DNA of 64,000 bases from an uncultured Opitutales bacterium (lineage in GTDB: Bacteria; Myxococcota_A; UBA9160; SMWR01). The notes under the pieces are model-generated. The model did not search any database and was not told the origin of the DNA. It saw nothing but the letters and a program-made list of their open reading frames with translations. The position numbers and the translations under genes are program-made. The first letter of the stretch is position 1; each line of letters begins with the position of its first letter. Of this stretch, positions 18,852 through 28,044 are shown piece after piece. The stretch lies in assembly GCA_964194865.1 (NCBI GenBank), contig CAXMOC010000023.1, forward strand, positions 1,400-65,399, given 5' to 3'.

Positions 18852-20231
18852 ATGGCGAAGATCAGATCGGCACCCTTCAAGAGCCTGCTCGAGACGCCTC
18901 GCGTGCGCGAGGCCGCCCGCGAGCTTCTGGCTGCAGTCGCCGAGGCGGGCGGCCAGCAGGCGCTCGCCCCGAAAGCCTACGAACGGGTGCTGCGCGAGAC
19001 TGAACGCCTGCGCGGGCGGCCGCTGCTGGTTCCCGCGTTGAGCGGCGGAACGGGTCACGGCGCCCGGGTGCAGCTGGCTGACGGCACCACCCGGCTCGAC
19101 TTCATCGGGGGAATCGGGGTCTACGGCTTCGGGCACAGCGACCCCGACCTACTGGAGACGGCAGTCGTGGCGGCCGCTGGCGACGCCGTCCACCAGGGCC
19201 ACCTCCTGCCGGGACGCGAATACCTGCTGCTATCGAGGGCCTTGCTGCGCCACGCGGGAAAGCGCCTGAAACACACCTGGCTGTCGATCTCGGGATCGAT
19301 GGCCAACGAGAACGCGCTCAAGCTGATCCTTCAGAAACATGCGCCTGCCGATCGCATCGTGGTGTTCGAGGGAGCTTTCGCGGGCCGCACCCTGGCGCTG
19401 GGCGAGTTGACGGATCGGCCGGCCTACCGTGACGGCATGCCACTGCGCGGCAACGTGCTTCACGTGCCGTTCTACGACCCGAGCGACTCCGACTCGATCC
19501 GGCGATCGGTCGCCGCCCTGAACGCGCACCTCACCCGCTACCCGGGGCAGATCGCCGGAATGCTCTTCGAGCTGGTGCAGGGTGAGGGCGGTTTCAACAC
19601 GGCTCCGCGCGAGTTCTTCACCGCCCTGATGGAGCGCTGTTGCGAGTCAAAGCTCGCCGTGTGGGTAGACGAAGTTCAGACCTTCGCTCGCACGGGTGAG
19701 CTCTACGCGTTTCGGACTCTGGACCTCGACGATCTCGTCGACATCGTGAGCGTGGGCAAGACGCTTCAGGGCAGCGCCGTGCTCTTTACCCGGCCATACA
19801 ACCCGCGGCCCGGGTTGATCGCCGGGACCTACGCCGGGTCGACGGTGGGCATGGCGGTGGGCACCCGCATCATCGAGCGCCTCGAGTCCGAGGGCTACCT
19901 CGGCCGCGACGGACGCGTGGCACTGTTGAGCCGGCGCTTCGAGCGACGTCTCGTCACGTTGAGAAGGCGTCTCCCCAAGGCGGTCGGCGAGCGTTCCGGA
20001 ACCGGTGCGATGCAGGCGTTCGTCGTCTTCGACGGCTCGGCGGAAATCGTCTCGGCCGTCGTTCGCGCGGCCTTCGAAGAGGGCCTGATGATCTTCGGCA
20101 CGGGTGCGAACCCGTCGAAGATCCGCATGCTGCTCCCGGTCAACGTCACCGACGAAGAACTCGAGGCGGGCTTCGCGATGCTCGAGAAGGCCATGCGGCG
20201 GGTCGCCGAAGAGCGCGACTTGCCGTGCTGA
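18852..20231 (+). CDS. Class III PLP aminotransferase (AstC/succinylornithine aminotransferase role likely)
   Basis: LDFIGGIGV, SGSMANENALK, FAGRT, ELVQGEGG, DEVQT, PLP lysine VGKT; first gene of the ast operon. Confidence 0.88.
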   Translation: MAKIRSAPFKSLLETPRVREAARELLAAVAEAGGQQALAPKAYERVLRETERLRGRPLLVPALSGGTGHGARVQLADGTTRLDFIGGIGVYGFGHSDPDLLETAVVAAAGDAVHQGHLLPGREYLLLSRALLRHAGKRLKHTWLSISGSMANENALKLILQKHAPADRIVVFEGAFAGRTLALGELTDRPAYRDGMPLRGNVLHVPFYDPSDSDSIRRSVAALNAHLTRYPGQIAGMLFELVQGEGGFNTAPREFFTALMERCCESKLAVWVDEVQTFARTGELYAFRTLDLDDLVDIVSVGKTLQGSAVLFTRPYNPRPGLIAGTYAGSTVGMAVGTRIIERLESEGYLGRDGRVALLSRRFERRLVTLRRRLPKAVGERSGTGAMQAFVVFDGSAEIVSAVVRAAFEEGLMIFGTGANPSKIRMLLPVNVTDEELEAGFAMLEKAMRRVAEERDLPC

Positions 20232-21250
20232 TCCTCCGCCCGATCGCAAACGGCGATCTGGAACCCCTGCTCGGTCTCGCCAAGCTGCTCGATTCCATGA
20301 ATCTGCCGAGCGACCGCAGCTTCCTCGAGAAGCGCATCCAGAGCTCACTGCGCTCGTTCAGTGGTGAGGTCTCGGACTGGCGGCGCGGAATCTACGTCTT
20401 CGTCCTCGAGGACACCTCGACCGAGCGTGTCATTGGAACCTCGACGATCATCGCCAAGCACGGCCGCCCAGACGCGCCCTATTACTGGCTGGCGGTCACC
20501 TCCGAAGAGAGGCGCAGCACCGATCTGGACCGACGCTTCGTGCACACCAAGCTCCAGCTCCACTCGACGACCGAGGGGCCCACCGAGATCGGCGGGCTGA
20601 TTCTCGACCCCGAGTATCGGCGTCACCCGGAAAAATGTGGAAAGGCGTTGTCGATCGTGCGATTCGCCTATATCTCGCTGTATCCGGAGCACTTCGAACG
20701 CGAGATTCTGGCCGAGATGCTCTCGCCCTTCGTCGCGCCCGGGCAGAACCTGCTCTGGAACGCATTCGGGCGCCATTTCACCGGCCTCGACTACCGCGAG
20801 GCAGACCACCTCTCGTCGCACAACAAGCGCTTCATCGGGGATCTGTTTCCAAGGGATCCCGTCTACACCGCGCTGTTTCCCGAGGAGGTGCAGGCCGTGA
20901 TCGGGCAGTCCAACGAAACGGCCAAGGCGGCCGTCACGATTCTGGAGAGGCTCGGCTTCCGCTACCTCCACCAGGTCGACCCCTTCGACGGAGGGCCCTA
21001 CTACGGCGCCGCGCGCGACGCCATCGGTTCGGTTCGCGACCGGCGTCAGCTGGTGCTGCCCGAGCTGATCTACGATCGAGTTCGATCCAGCGACGGCCCG
21101 CTGGCGCTGCTGTCTGCAGAAGCGGGCCTCGGTTTTCGCGCCACCGTCGTGCCCTTGGACGACGACGGAGCGCCGCTGCTCTCCAAGCAGGGGCGTGAGG
21201 CTCTCGGAGTTTCGAGCGGTGACCGCGTCAGCATCACCCCACTGCCGTGA
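20225..21250 (+). CDS. astA: Arginine N-succinyltransferase
   Basis: MNLPSD, YVFVLED, TEIGGLILDPEYR, LAEM, LERLGF, VDPFDGGP. Confidence 0.92.
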   Translation: MLILRPIANGDLEPLLGLAKLLDSMNLPSDRSFLEKRIQSSLRSFSGEVSDWRRGIYVFVLEDTSTERVIGTSTIIAKHGRPDAPYYWLAVTSEERRSTDLDRRFVHTKLQLHSTTEGPTEIGGLILDPEYRRHPEKCGKALSIVRFAYISLYPEHFEREILAEMLSPFVAPGQNLLWNAFGRHFTGLDYREADHLSSHNKRFIGDLFPRDPVYTALFPEEVQAVIGQSNETAKAAVTILERLGFRYLHQVDPFDGGPYYGAARDAIGSVRDRRQLVLPELIYDRVRSSDGPLALLSAEAGLGFRATVVPLDDDGAPLLSKQGREALGVSSGDRVSITPLP

Positions 21251-22686
21251 GCGCTGGCAGCGCCCAGAGCGCTGGGTTGCGAAGCGTTTCGCCCGCGGAT
21301 CCGACAGACGAGATCGGAACATTCTCCATCGCCGATGAAGGCGCGGTTGGCGCGGCCGTCGAACGGGCGCGCCAAGCCTTTCCCGCCTGGCGCGACGCCG
21401 GCCTGGCTGCGCGTGCACAGGCATTGGAGCGTTTCCGCGACGCGGCCGCCGCATCCGCCGGCGAGCTGGCGGAGTTGATCAGCCGCGAAGTCGGCAAAGC
21501 GTTGTGGGACGCGCGCGGCGAAGCCTCGCTATTGGCTCCCAAGGTCGACGTCACGCTCGGCGACGGCATGCAGCTCGTCGCCCCCCTCGAAGCGGGCCCG
21601 AACGCACGGGCGAGCTTCCAACCGCGTGGGGTGCTGGCGGTTCTCGGCCCCTTCAACTTCCCCGCCCACCTACCCAATGGTCACATCGTACCGGCGCTGG
21701 CTACGGGCAACACCGTGATCTTCAAACCGAGCGAGATCGCCCCAGCGGTGGGCGAGTGGCTGGCGCAGCTTTGGCGGAAAGCGAAGCTACCCGAAGGCGT
21801 GTTCCAGGTGGTGCAGGGTGCCGGCGAGACCGGCCACACCCTGGCGACACACTCCGGGGTCGACGGTGTGCTGTTTACCGGCTCCTACGCGGTGGGACGC
21901 GCGCTGAAGCAAGCCAGCCTCGATCAGCCCGGCAAGCTGCTCGCCCTGGAGATGGGCGGCAACAACGCCATGCTGGTGCTCGCCGACAGCGACCTCGATC
22001 TCGCAGTCAGTGAGGCCGCGCTCTCGATCGCCGCCACTACGGGGCAGCGCTGCTCCTGCGCTGGGCGGCTGTTCGTCGAGCGCACGGTGATGGACGCCTT
22101 CGCGGACAACCTCGTAGCTGTCTTGCGCGGCTTGCGCGTGGGGCCGCCGCTCGAGGACGGCGTCTTCATGGGGCCGCTCGCTTCCCAGGACGCCTACGAA
22201 AGGATCGCGGCCTACCGCCAGCTCTCCAACGAAACCGATGGCGAGCGACTGCTGTTGGTGGAGCCGGAGCTGCCGCCCCCCTACGTCGGCGCCGGCTTGA
22301 TGCGCTTCTCGACGAGCGCCCAGACCCACCGCTACCAACGTGACGAGATCTTCGGACCCGAGGCCTCGCTCTACCCGATCGACGACCTCGACGAAGCGAT
22401 CGCCGCCGTCAACGATTCGGACTACGGGCTTGTCGCCTCGGTGATGACACGCGATCGCAGCCGATTCGAGCACTGCGTGGGCCGCATCCGCACAGGCCTT
22501 CTCAACTGGAACAAGGCCACCGTCGGCGCCAGCGGCAAGCTTCCCTTCGGCGGGGGCGGCCGCAGCGGCAACGACCGCCCGGCCGGCGTAACCGCCACCG
22601 TCTACTGCACGGTTCCCCAAGCACACCTCGAGGGCCCAGCCGAGTTCGACCCCGCTGCCCTCCCCCCCGGCATGCCCAGGCCGTGA
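21247..22686 (+). CDS. astD: N-succinylglutamate 5-semialdehyde dehydrogenase
   Basis: GPFNFPAHLPNGHIVPALATGNTVIFKPSE, FTGS, LALEMGGNN, GQRCSC, PFGG.GRSGNDRP. Confidence 0.9.
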   Translation: MSAGSAQSAGLRSVSPADPTDEIGTFSIADEGAVGAAVERARQAFPAWRDAGLAARAQALERFRDAAAASAGELAELISREVGKALWDARGEASLLAPKVDVTLGDGMQLVAPLEAGPNARASFQPRGVLAVLGPFNFPAHLPNGHIVPALATGNTVIFKPSEIAPAVGEWLAQLWRKAKLPEGVFQVVQGAGETGHTLATHSGVDGVLFTGSYAVGRALKQASLDQPGKLLALEMGGNNAMLVLADSDLDLAVSEAALSIAATTGQRCSCAGRLFVERTVMDAFADNLVAVLRGLRVGPPLEDGVFMGPLASQDAYERIAAYRQLSNETDGERLLLVEPELPPPYVGAGLMRFSTSAQTHRYQRDEIFGPEASLYPIDDLDEAIAAVNDSDYGLVASVMTRDRSRFEHCVGRIRTGLLNWNKATVGASGKLPFGGGGRSGNDRPAGVTATVYCTVPQAHLEGPAEFDPAALPPGMPRP

Positions 22687-23747
22687 CCACCGACCAAGCA
22701 ACTCAACATGAAAAAGAGGAGCAAGGCCGCGCAGCGGCCGCGCAGCGAGCCGAAGGCGAGCGAAGTCAACAGACTCGTTGGGTCTTGATGGGGGACCCAG
22801 CGCACTTCAGCGTCAAGGGTGGCGCAAACCCCCACACGCGCACCCGCTGGGGCACGCGCCGCGGCGTCGACCGCGAGCGCGCGATCGGCCAATGGCACAA
22901 CCTGCGCGGCGCGCTCGAGGATCTGGGCATTCGCGTCGTCGTGGTTCCAGCGGTCGCCGATTGGCCGGGCTCGGTTTATCCCGCCAACGCCGGCTATTTG
23001 GTAGACGTAGACGTTCCGAGCCCGCCCTCCGCCAAGCGCTTCTACCTCGCCAACCTGCTGCCGTCGCGCGCCGGTGAGAAGGATCACTATCGCAAGGTGC
23101 TCAGCGAGATCGGCTTCGCGCCGGTCGAGATCGACGACCGATACCGAATGGAGGGCGAAGCCGACTTCTTTCCCGCCGGCGGCGTGCACCTGATGACCTA
23201 CGGCGGCCTCGAGCGCCAACGCTTCGTCCCGAGCCTTGGCTTCCCCCCGTGGAAGCGCGTTTACGGCTTCCGCACCAACGTGCGGGTCGAGCCGATCTTG
23301 CAGCAGACAATCGGCGAGCGACGTATCTTGAGAATCGAGCTCACCCTGGAGGCCCACTACCACGGCGACACCGTGCTGTGCGCGTTCGGCCCCGGCCGCC
23401 GCTTCCTGCTCGGCTACCGCGAGGGCATCGCCGTGGAAGGCTGGAAGCAGCTGGAACACGAGTTCGGTGACGCCCTGATCGAGCTGAGCCGAGAAGACGC
23501 TCAGCGTTACGCCGCCAACTCCTTCACGTTCACCCAAGAAGGTGACTCGGTCCTCGTCATGCCGGACGGCCTGTCGAGCCGCCTGCTCGATCAAGTCAGT
23601 GAGCGCGGCGTCACTCCGATTCCCGTCGACGTTTCAGAGTTTCTGAAGAAAGGCGGCGGCTCGGTAAAGTGCATGATCGGGGATCTCGGGGTGGTGTCTT
23701 CCCCAACCGCCTCCGAAACCCACGAGAAGTCAAGGGAATCTGGCTGA
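22683..23747 (+). CDS. Amidinotransferase/pentein-fold guanidino hydrolase (ArgZ/CtlX-like); integration target
   Basis: SVYPANAG, EGEAD, YHGDT, EFLKKGGGSVKC (catalytic Cys); GTGA overlap with astD. Confidence 0.85.
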   Translation: MTTDQATQHEKEEQGRAAAAQRAEGERSQQTRWVLMGDPAHFSVKGGANPHTRTRWGTRRGVDRERAIGQWHNLRGALEDLGIRVVVVPAVADWPGSVYPANAGYLVDVDVPSPPSAKRFYLANLLPSRAGEKDHYRKVLSEIGFAPVEIDDRYRMEGEADFFPAGGVHLMTYGGLERQRFVPSLGFPPWKRVYGFRTNVRVEPILQQTIGERRILRIELTLEAHYHGDTVLCAFGPGRRFLLGYREGIAVEGWKQLEHEFGDALIELSREDAQRYAANSFTFTQEGDSVLVMPDGLSSRLLDQVSERGVTPIPVDVSEFLKKGGGSVKCMIGDLGVVSSPTASETHEKSRESG

Positions 23748-24937
23748 CTCGCGGTCGGCTTCGTGTCTCCATTCCGTGTAGGGGCCGCGGGGGGGCCGTT
23801 TGGGGCCGCCGCGAGGGCGTCCGCGTAGCCCCGCATCTCGTCTGGCATGTAGTGACCGTAGGTGTCGAGCAGCACCTTGGCCGTCGTCCAGCCGCCCTGC
23901 TGCTGGACCCACTTGATCGGAGTGCCGCGTGCCAGATGCAGGCTTGCCCAGGTATGTCGAAGGCAGTGGGGCGTGTAGTGACGACCCTTCCCGAGCGCCT
24001 TCAGGATGATCCCCGAGAATACTCGCGAGCGAAAGTTCGTCCCCTGGAGGAAGGTTCCCGACTCATTCGGGAACACCAGTACCTCCTCGGGGATGGGAAA
24101 GATGTTGGGCTGCACCGGGGCCAGGGCTGCGCACAGTCGCTTGGAGAGTTCCACGACTCGCGCGCGCCCCGTCTTGGTCGGGCCGAGCTTCACACCACTA
24201 GAGAAGCTTCGCGCAATCCGTGCTGTCCCTCCGGCCAGATCCACGTCGCCCCAGCGAAGCGCAGCCGCCTCCCCAAAGCGGGCTCCCGTATCCGCGAGAA
24301 ACAGGACGAGTGGGAAGTGGCGCGGGTAGCTGGCCTCGGCGATCTCAAGCACTCCCTCCAGCTCAGCAGCAGCTAGAACCTTGTCAGTGGCTACCGCCAG
24401 CGTCGAAGAGCTTCGACGCCGCGGGCGTCCCGCCTTCCATTGCTCCACCGCGTTCTCGCCAACGATCCCCTGCCCCTGGGCATGGGATAGAACCAGGCGA
24501 AGGACGTTGAGAGCCATATCTATGGACTTGGCACTCCTCGGTCGACCTGAATCCAGACAGTGATCGTAGAAGCCCTGGACCTCGCGCAGGCTGAGGGAGC
24601 GCAGATCCGACGTACCAAAGTAAGGCGTGAGATGAACGTCAACCTGAAGTCGGTAGACCCGCGCGGTGCCAGAAGCGAGCCTATCGCGAAGATTCCGTTC
24701 GATCGGAAGTTCAACCTCCCTCCACAGCCAGCCTTGAGCAAAAGCAGCGAATGGGACCTCTGACTCATTGGGTTCGTTCGCATCGAATTCGCCCAAGACA
24801 ATCTTCGCCTGAATCTCCTCGGCGACCTTTTGGGCGACTCGCTGACTCGTGCCCACGCGCTTCTTTATCCGCCTCCCCTCGTAGTGGATAACTACCCAGT
24901 AAATCCCCTTGCTATCGCGTCGGACTTTCGCAGCCAT
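23591..24937 (-). CDS. Tyrosine recombinase/integrase, reading through attL
   Basis: Arm-binding N-terminus (YWVVIHYEGRRIKKRVG), TGARFGE (R), TKTG (K), HCLRH, GGW, DTYGH (Y). Confidence 0.95.
   Translation of the reverse strand: MAAKVRRDSKGIYWVVIHYEGRRIKKRVGTSQRVAQKVAEEIQAKIVLGEFDANEPNESEVPFAAFAQGWLWREVELPIERNLRDRLASGTARVYRLQVDVHLTPYFGTSDLRSLSLREVQGFYDHCLDSGRPRSAKSIDMALNVLRLVLSHAQGQGIVGENAVEQWKAGRPRRRSSSTLAVATDKVLAAAELEGVLEIAEASYPRHFPLVLFLADTGARFGEAAALRWGDVDLAGGTARIARSFSSGVKLGPTKTGRARVVELSKRLCAALAPVQPNIFPIPEEVLVFPNESGTFLQGTNFRSRVFSGIILKALGKGRHYTPHCLRHTWASLHLARGTPIKWVQQQGGWTTAKVLLDTYGHYMPDEMRGYADALAAAPNGPPAAPTRNGDTKPTASQPDSLDFSWVSEAVGEDTTPRSPIMHFTEPPPFFRNSETSTGIGVTPRSLT
23669..23707 (+). repeat. 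attL, 39-bp direct repeat
   Basis: GTGCATGATCGGGGATCTCGGGGTGGTGTCTTCCCCAAC, identical to 45962-46000. Confidence 0.95.
23781..23808 (+). repeat. Three tandem GGGGCCG motifs (putative integrase arm sites)
   Basis: GGGGCCG at 23781, 23792 and 23802; two more at 45851 and 45862 in the same orientation. Confidence 0.6.
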
Positions 24938-24939
24938 CG

Positions 24940-25185
24940 TTACCTCTGCTGGCGCTTCAAATATGCCGCTACAGCGACTCTTACGAGAGAAGCGACCGAG
25001 ACACCCCGCTTGATTGCGATCGCCTCCAGGAAATCAACGTCAGCCCTCTCAAAGTCACCCGTAAAGCTGACCGGGTCCTTGAGGGTCGGCTTGCGGCCTG
25101 CACCTGGCCTCCACCCGCCCCAGGTTCCCTTGACCTTCCGCCGTGCCACATCCTCAATAGTACTGGCTACATCTTGATTCTCCAA
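24940..25185 (-). CDS. Small RHH/CopG-like DNA-binding protein
   Basis: WGGWRPGAGRKP followed by FLEAIAIKRGVSVASLVRVAVAAYL. Confidence 0.7.
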   Translation of the reverse strand: MENQDVASTIEDVARRKVKGTWGGWRPGAGRKPTLKDPVSFTGDFERADVDFLEAIAIKRGVSVASLVRVAVAAYLKRQQR

Positions 25186-25188
25186 GCA

Positions 25189-25455
25189 TTAATCCTTTCC
25201 AGATCCTACCGATTCAAGAATCTCCCCGACGAGCTTCTCGACACGATTCCCCTCGGCTCTCGATTCGTCGCGGAGCCACTCCCGGAGGCCTTCGACAGGG
25301 AGCAAGACGACGCCTCCACGGCGGACGGTCGGAAGCTCGGGGAGCAAGCCCCTCAGGGTGCGCTCAGACACGCCTAGAGCCTCCGCGGCCTCCTTGGGGC
25401 GCAGGGCAAGCCTCCCGACCAGTCCGAGCGGCTGCGGGTCGCGGTCAGCCTTCAA
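25189..25455 (-). CDS. Excisionase-like helix-turn-helix protein
   Basis: LALRPKEAAEALGVSERTLR...VLLPVEGLREWL (HTH_17/MerR-like); TTG start inferred. Confidence 0.8.
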   Translation of the reverse strand: MKADRDPQPLGLVGRLALRPKEAAEALGVSERTLRGLLPELPTVRRGGVVLLPVEGLREWLRDESRAEGNRVEKLVGEILESVGSGKD

Positions 25456-25798
25456 GCTGCTGCTCCCGCGCTCGCTTCCGCGGCGCGCCAGACCCGAAGA
25501 TTCTCCGATTGAGCGCCCAGAGAGCGCACTGCCGTACTTCACAGTGGGCGGCCTCCGTTCGCTCCCATCCACAGCAGTCAATGCAGTGAAGCTCCACGGC
25601 GGCCAGCGGGTGGGTGTGGGCACGATCGGCCAACTGCTGCCAGTACTTCTTCCAACGAGGAGGAAGGTTCCTGTTGGGCATCCGCGCCACCGGCTGGAAG
25701 CCCGCCGGAGGCTCTGAGATTCGGCGTCTGCGCTCCGTTTCGCCGCAAGGAAGGGGGCGAGCGGAAACCTTGGGGCCGGGGGAGTGCTTCGGGGTCAT
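25445..25798 (-). CDS. Cys-motif hypothetical protein of phage/MGE type
   Basis: AVELHCIDCCGW...AHCEVRQCALW; ATGA overlap with the upstream gene. Confidence 0.65.
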   Translation of the reverse strand: MTPKHSPGPKVSARPLPCGETERRRRISEPPAGFQPVARMPNRNLPPRWKKYWQQLADRAHTHPLAAVELHCIDCCGWERTEAAHCEVRQCALWALNRRIFGSGAPRKRAREQQLEG

Positions 25799-26223
25799 AA
25801 GCCGCGCCTTCGATCCAGCTCGCGCGCTTTGTATGACCCAAACTCACGCGGGGGCACCTTGATCGCAACTAGGAGACGCTGCCCGGCGGGACGGGCGACG
25901 GTCACGAGGCCGTCCCTCTCCATTTGCAAGAGACCACGCCGCGCAGAGGAACGGGCCAGCTTCGGGGCCACCGCCAACCGCGATAGGTTGAGGCGGAACA
26001 CAAGAGAGCCAGCGAGCCCAGCTCGATACCAACACTCCAGGCCAACGAACGTTGCCGCCTTCCCGAGTGCTGTGGCTCGCGCGAGCCAGTCGAGCGACAC
26101 CGGACCTCTGAGGAATTTCGTCCCGTGGGTGTCCCAGAGCGACTCCCGCTTCTTCCGCATCTTCTTCTTTGCCTCTAACGGAGTCTCTTCCAAGGAGATG
26201 GGCTTGAACTCGTCACCCTTCAC
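25795..26223 (-). CDS. Winged-helix-like hypothetical protein downstream of the polymerase
   Basis: KFLRGPVSLDWLARA...LARSSARRGLLQMERDGLVTVARPAG (wHTH pattern); GGAG RBS. Confidence 0.7.
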   Translation of the reverse strand: MKGDEFKPISLEETPLEAKKKMRKKRESLWDTHGTKFLRGPVSLDWLARATALGKAATFVGLECWYRAGLAGSLVFRLNLSRLAVAPKLARSSARRGLLQMERDGLVTVARPAGQRLLVAIKVPPREFGSYKARELDRRRGL

Positions 26224-26256
26224 AGCTGTCTCCTACAAGTAGGGGTCTATCGGTGT

Positions 26257-28044
26257 TCAAGAAGACCTAATAAGAAGATTGGACGGGTTGGTCAGAATGC
26301 TCCGGGTGGTGGAGCGTTCTGATCCAGCTTCGGCCCGGACAGCAGCCTCAACGGCTCTCCACATCGTCTCGCCGCGGGGATCCATGAAACGAGCCGGGTA
26401 CCGGATTAGCTGCTCAACTACGGTGCCCAGCTCGGGGCCGCCGAGCACAGCGGCGCTGGCCGCCGCCATGCAGGCGCGCATCTTCTCGACCGTGGCATCG
26501 AGCTCGGCCAGCGGTGCCTCGATGAGGACTGCGTCATGGACCGGCGCACAGACCCGGATGCCCCCCCGCGTCGCGTCGATGCACGCCAGCCGAAGCATCT
26601 CCGCCCCATTTGCTTGCATCGGGAAATTGGCAAGAGAGCGGGGGTTGGGATCCCTCGCGACGTGCAGCTCCCAGCCGAATACGGTCCAGATCTTCCCCAC
26701 GAGTTGTGCGTGATCGACCGCCCCCTGAGACCACAACCAGAACCGCGGGAATGATCTCCGATGCAGTCGGAGCAGATCCCGAGCTTCAAACTGCGTGATG
26801 CCCAGGCGCTGGGCCAACCCGATGTCCCCCATGCCGTACAGGACGGCGAGAGCGCACTGCTTGAACCTCTCCCGAACCGCGCCGTGGCTCTCCTTCGTCG
26901 CGCCCTCGGGTGCTGCCCCCGCTTGCTTGGCGAAGGCCAGGTAGGGGTCGCCCGACTCATACGCGGCGATCATGGCGGCGTCGCCGGAGAGGTAGGCGGC
27001 GATGCCGAACTCCTGCTGCGAGTAGTCGATGTAGGCGAGCCCCATGCCGGGCTCGGGACGGATGAGAGAGCGCAACCAGACCGACGCCCCGAAAAGAAAC
27101 TTCGAGCTGCTCGGCTGGTTGCGGCCTGTGCGGGTATGGAACGGGCTGAGCAGAGCGCGGTTACGCCCGTCACTTCCAATACTGAGCTTGATCTGGCGCA
27201 TAGTTGCCAGCGTGGAGCGCAGCTCTCGAAGCGGGGCGATGCGCGCGTCGGACTTTGCTGCCTCGCGGAAGGTGTCGTCGCTCAGGGCGAGCTTGCCCGA
27301 AGCGAGTCGCGGCCAAGGGATTCCATTCGCTATCAGCCATGACTCGAAGCGGTCGTGCTTGAACGTACGCCCCTCGTATACGCCGTACCGCTCGTCAATC
27401 TCCTCAATCAGCTGGTCTTGGATCGAGTCCCATCGATCGAGGAGCTTCGCCAAGAACTCGGTGTCCACAGGGATGCCGGTCCGTTCCATGTCAGCGACTG
27501 ACGCCATGTACGCCCCGCGCACGAGTGCGCGACGCAGATCAATCCCGGGTTCCATGCGGTTGAGCAGGCGCACCGTGGCTTCCACGTCGGCAGCGCAGTA
27601 GGACAGGAGTGCGCGGCGCTCGTCTCCGGTGTACGAGCCGCCTCGGATTGCGAGGTCGCGCAGCTCGTCCTTTGTTGCCGATGCCATTCCAGGAAGGCCG
27701 AAGTGGTCGAGCGCGCCGAGCAAGCCGGAACCCGACCGGGGCCGTCGTCCGTTAGTGAAATTCCGGAACTCGACATAGAGGTCAAGAAGATGCACAGGCA
27801 CCGGCCACTCGAGCGCCAGAAAGCAACCGATCTCAGCTGAGGCGAAAAAGGCTACAACCAAGACGTCGTCGCCCAGACAAAACGGCGGAGCGCCAGCTCG
27901 GAGCTCGTCCCGCCACAATTCGAGCCTGCGCCCCGTTCGGATCTCGTGGGCCACGAGGCAGAGTGGTTCTGGCAGCTCACCCGGCGGGACGTGGAACTCG
28001 AAGTCCAGAACCCAGACCGCGCAGTACAACTCATAGCAACTCAC
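26257..28044 (-). CDS. Compact family-A DNA polymerase (3'-5' exo plus pol, no 5'-3' exo), element-encoded
   Basis: ExoI VLDFEF, ExoIII YCAADV, RTGRNQPS, motif A IDYSQQEFGIAAYLSGD, motif B RERFKQCALAVLYG, NFPMQ, motif C PVHDA. Confidence 0.93.
   Translation of the reverse strand: MSCYELYCAVWVLDFEFHVPPGELPEPLCLVAHEIRTGRRLELWRDELRAGAPPFCLGDDVLVVAFFASAEIGCFLALEWPVPVHLLDLYVEFRNFTNGRRPRSGSGLLGALDHFGLPGMASATKDELRDLAIRGGSYTGDERRALLSYCAADVEATVRLLNRMEPGIDLRRALVRGAYMASVADMERTGIPVDTEFLAKLLDRWDSIQDQLIEEIDERYGVYEGRTFKHDRFESWLIANGIPWPRLASGKLALSDDTFREAAKSDARIAPLRELRSTLATMRQIKLSIGSDGRNRALLSPFHTRTGRNQPSSSKFLFGASVWLRSLIRPEPGMGLAYIDYSQQEFGIAAYLSGDAAMIAAYESGDPYLAFAKQAGAAPEGATKESHGAVRERFKQCALAVLYGMGDIGLAQRLGITQFEARDLLRLHRRSFPRFWLWSQGAVDHAQLVGKIWTVFGWELHVARDPNPRSLANFPMQANGAEMLRLACIDATRGGIRVCAPVHDAVLIEAPLAELDATVEKMRACMAAASAAVLGGPELGTVVEQLIRYPARFMDPRGETMWRAVEAAVRAEAGSERSTTRSILTNPSNLLIRSS

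Noticed and set aside
26257-28044. Housekeeping DNA polymerase I (polA)
   Set aside because: Only 595 aa, lacks the 5'-3' exonuclease domain, has divergent motifs and lies inside the island
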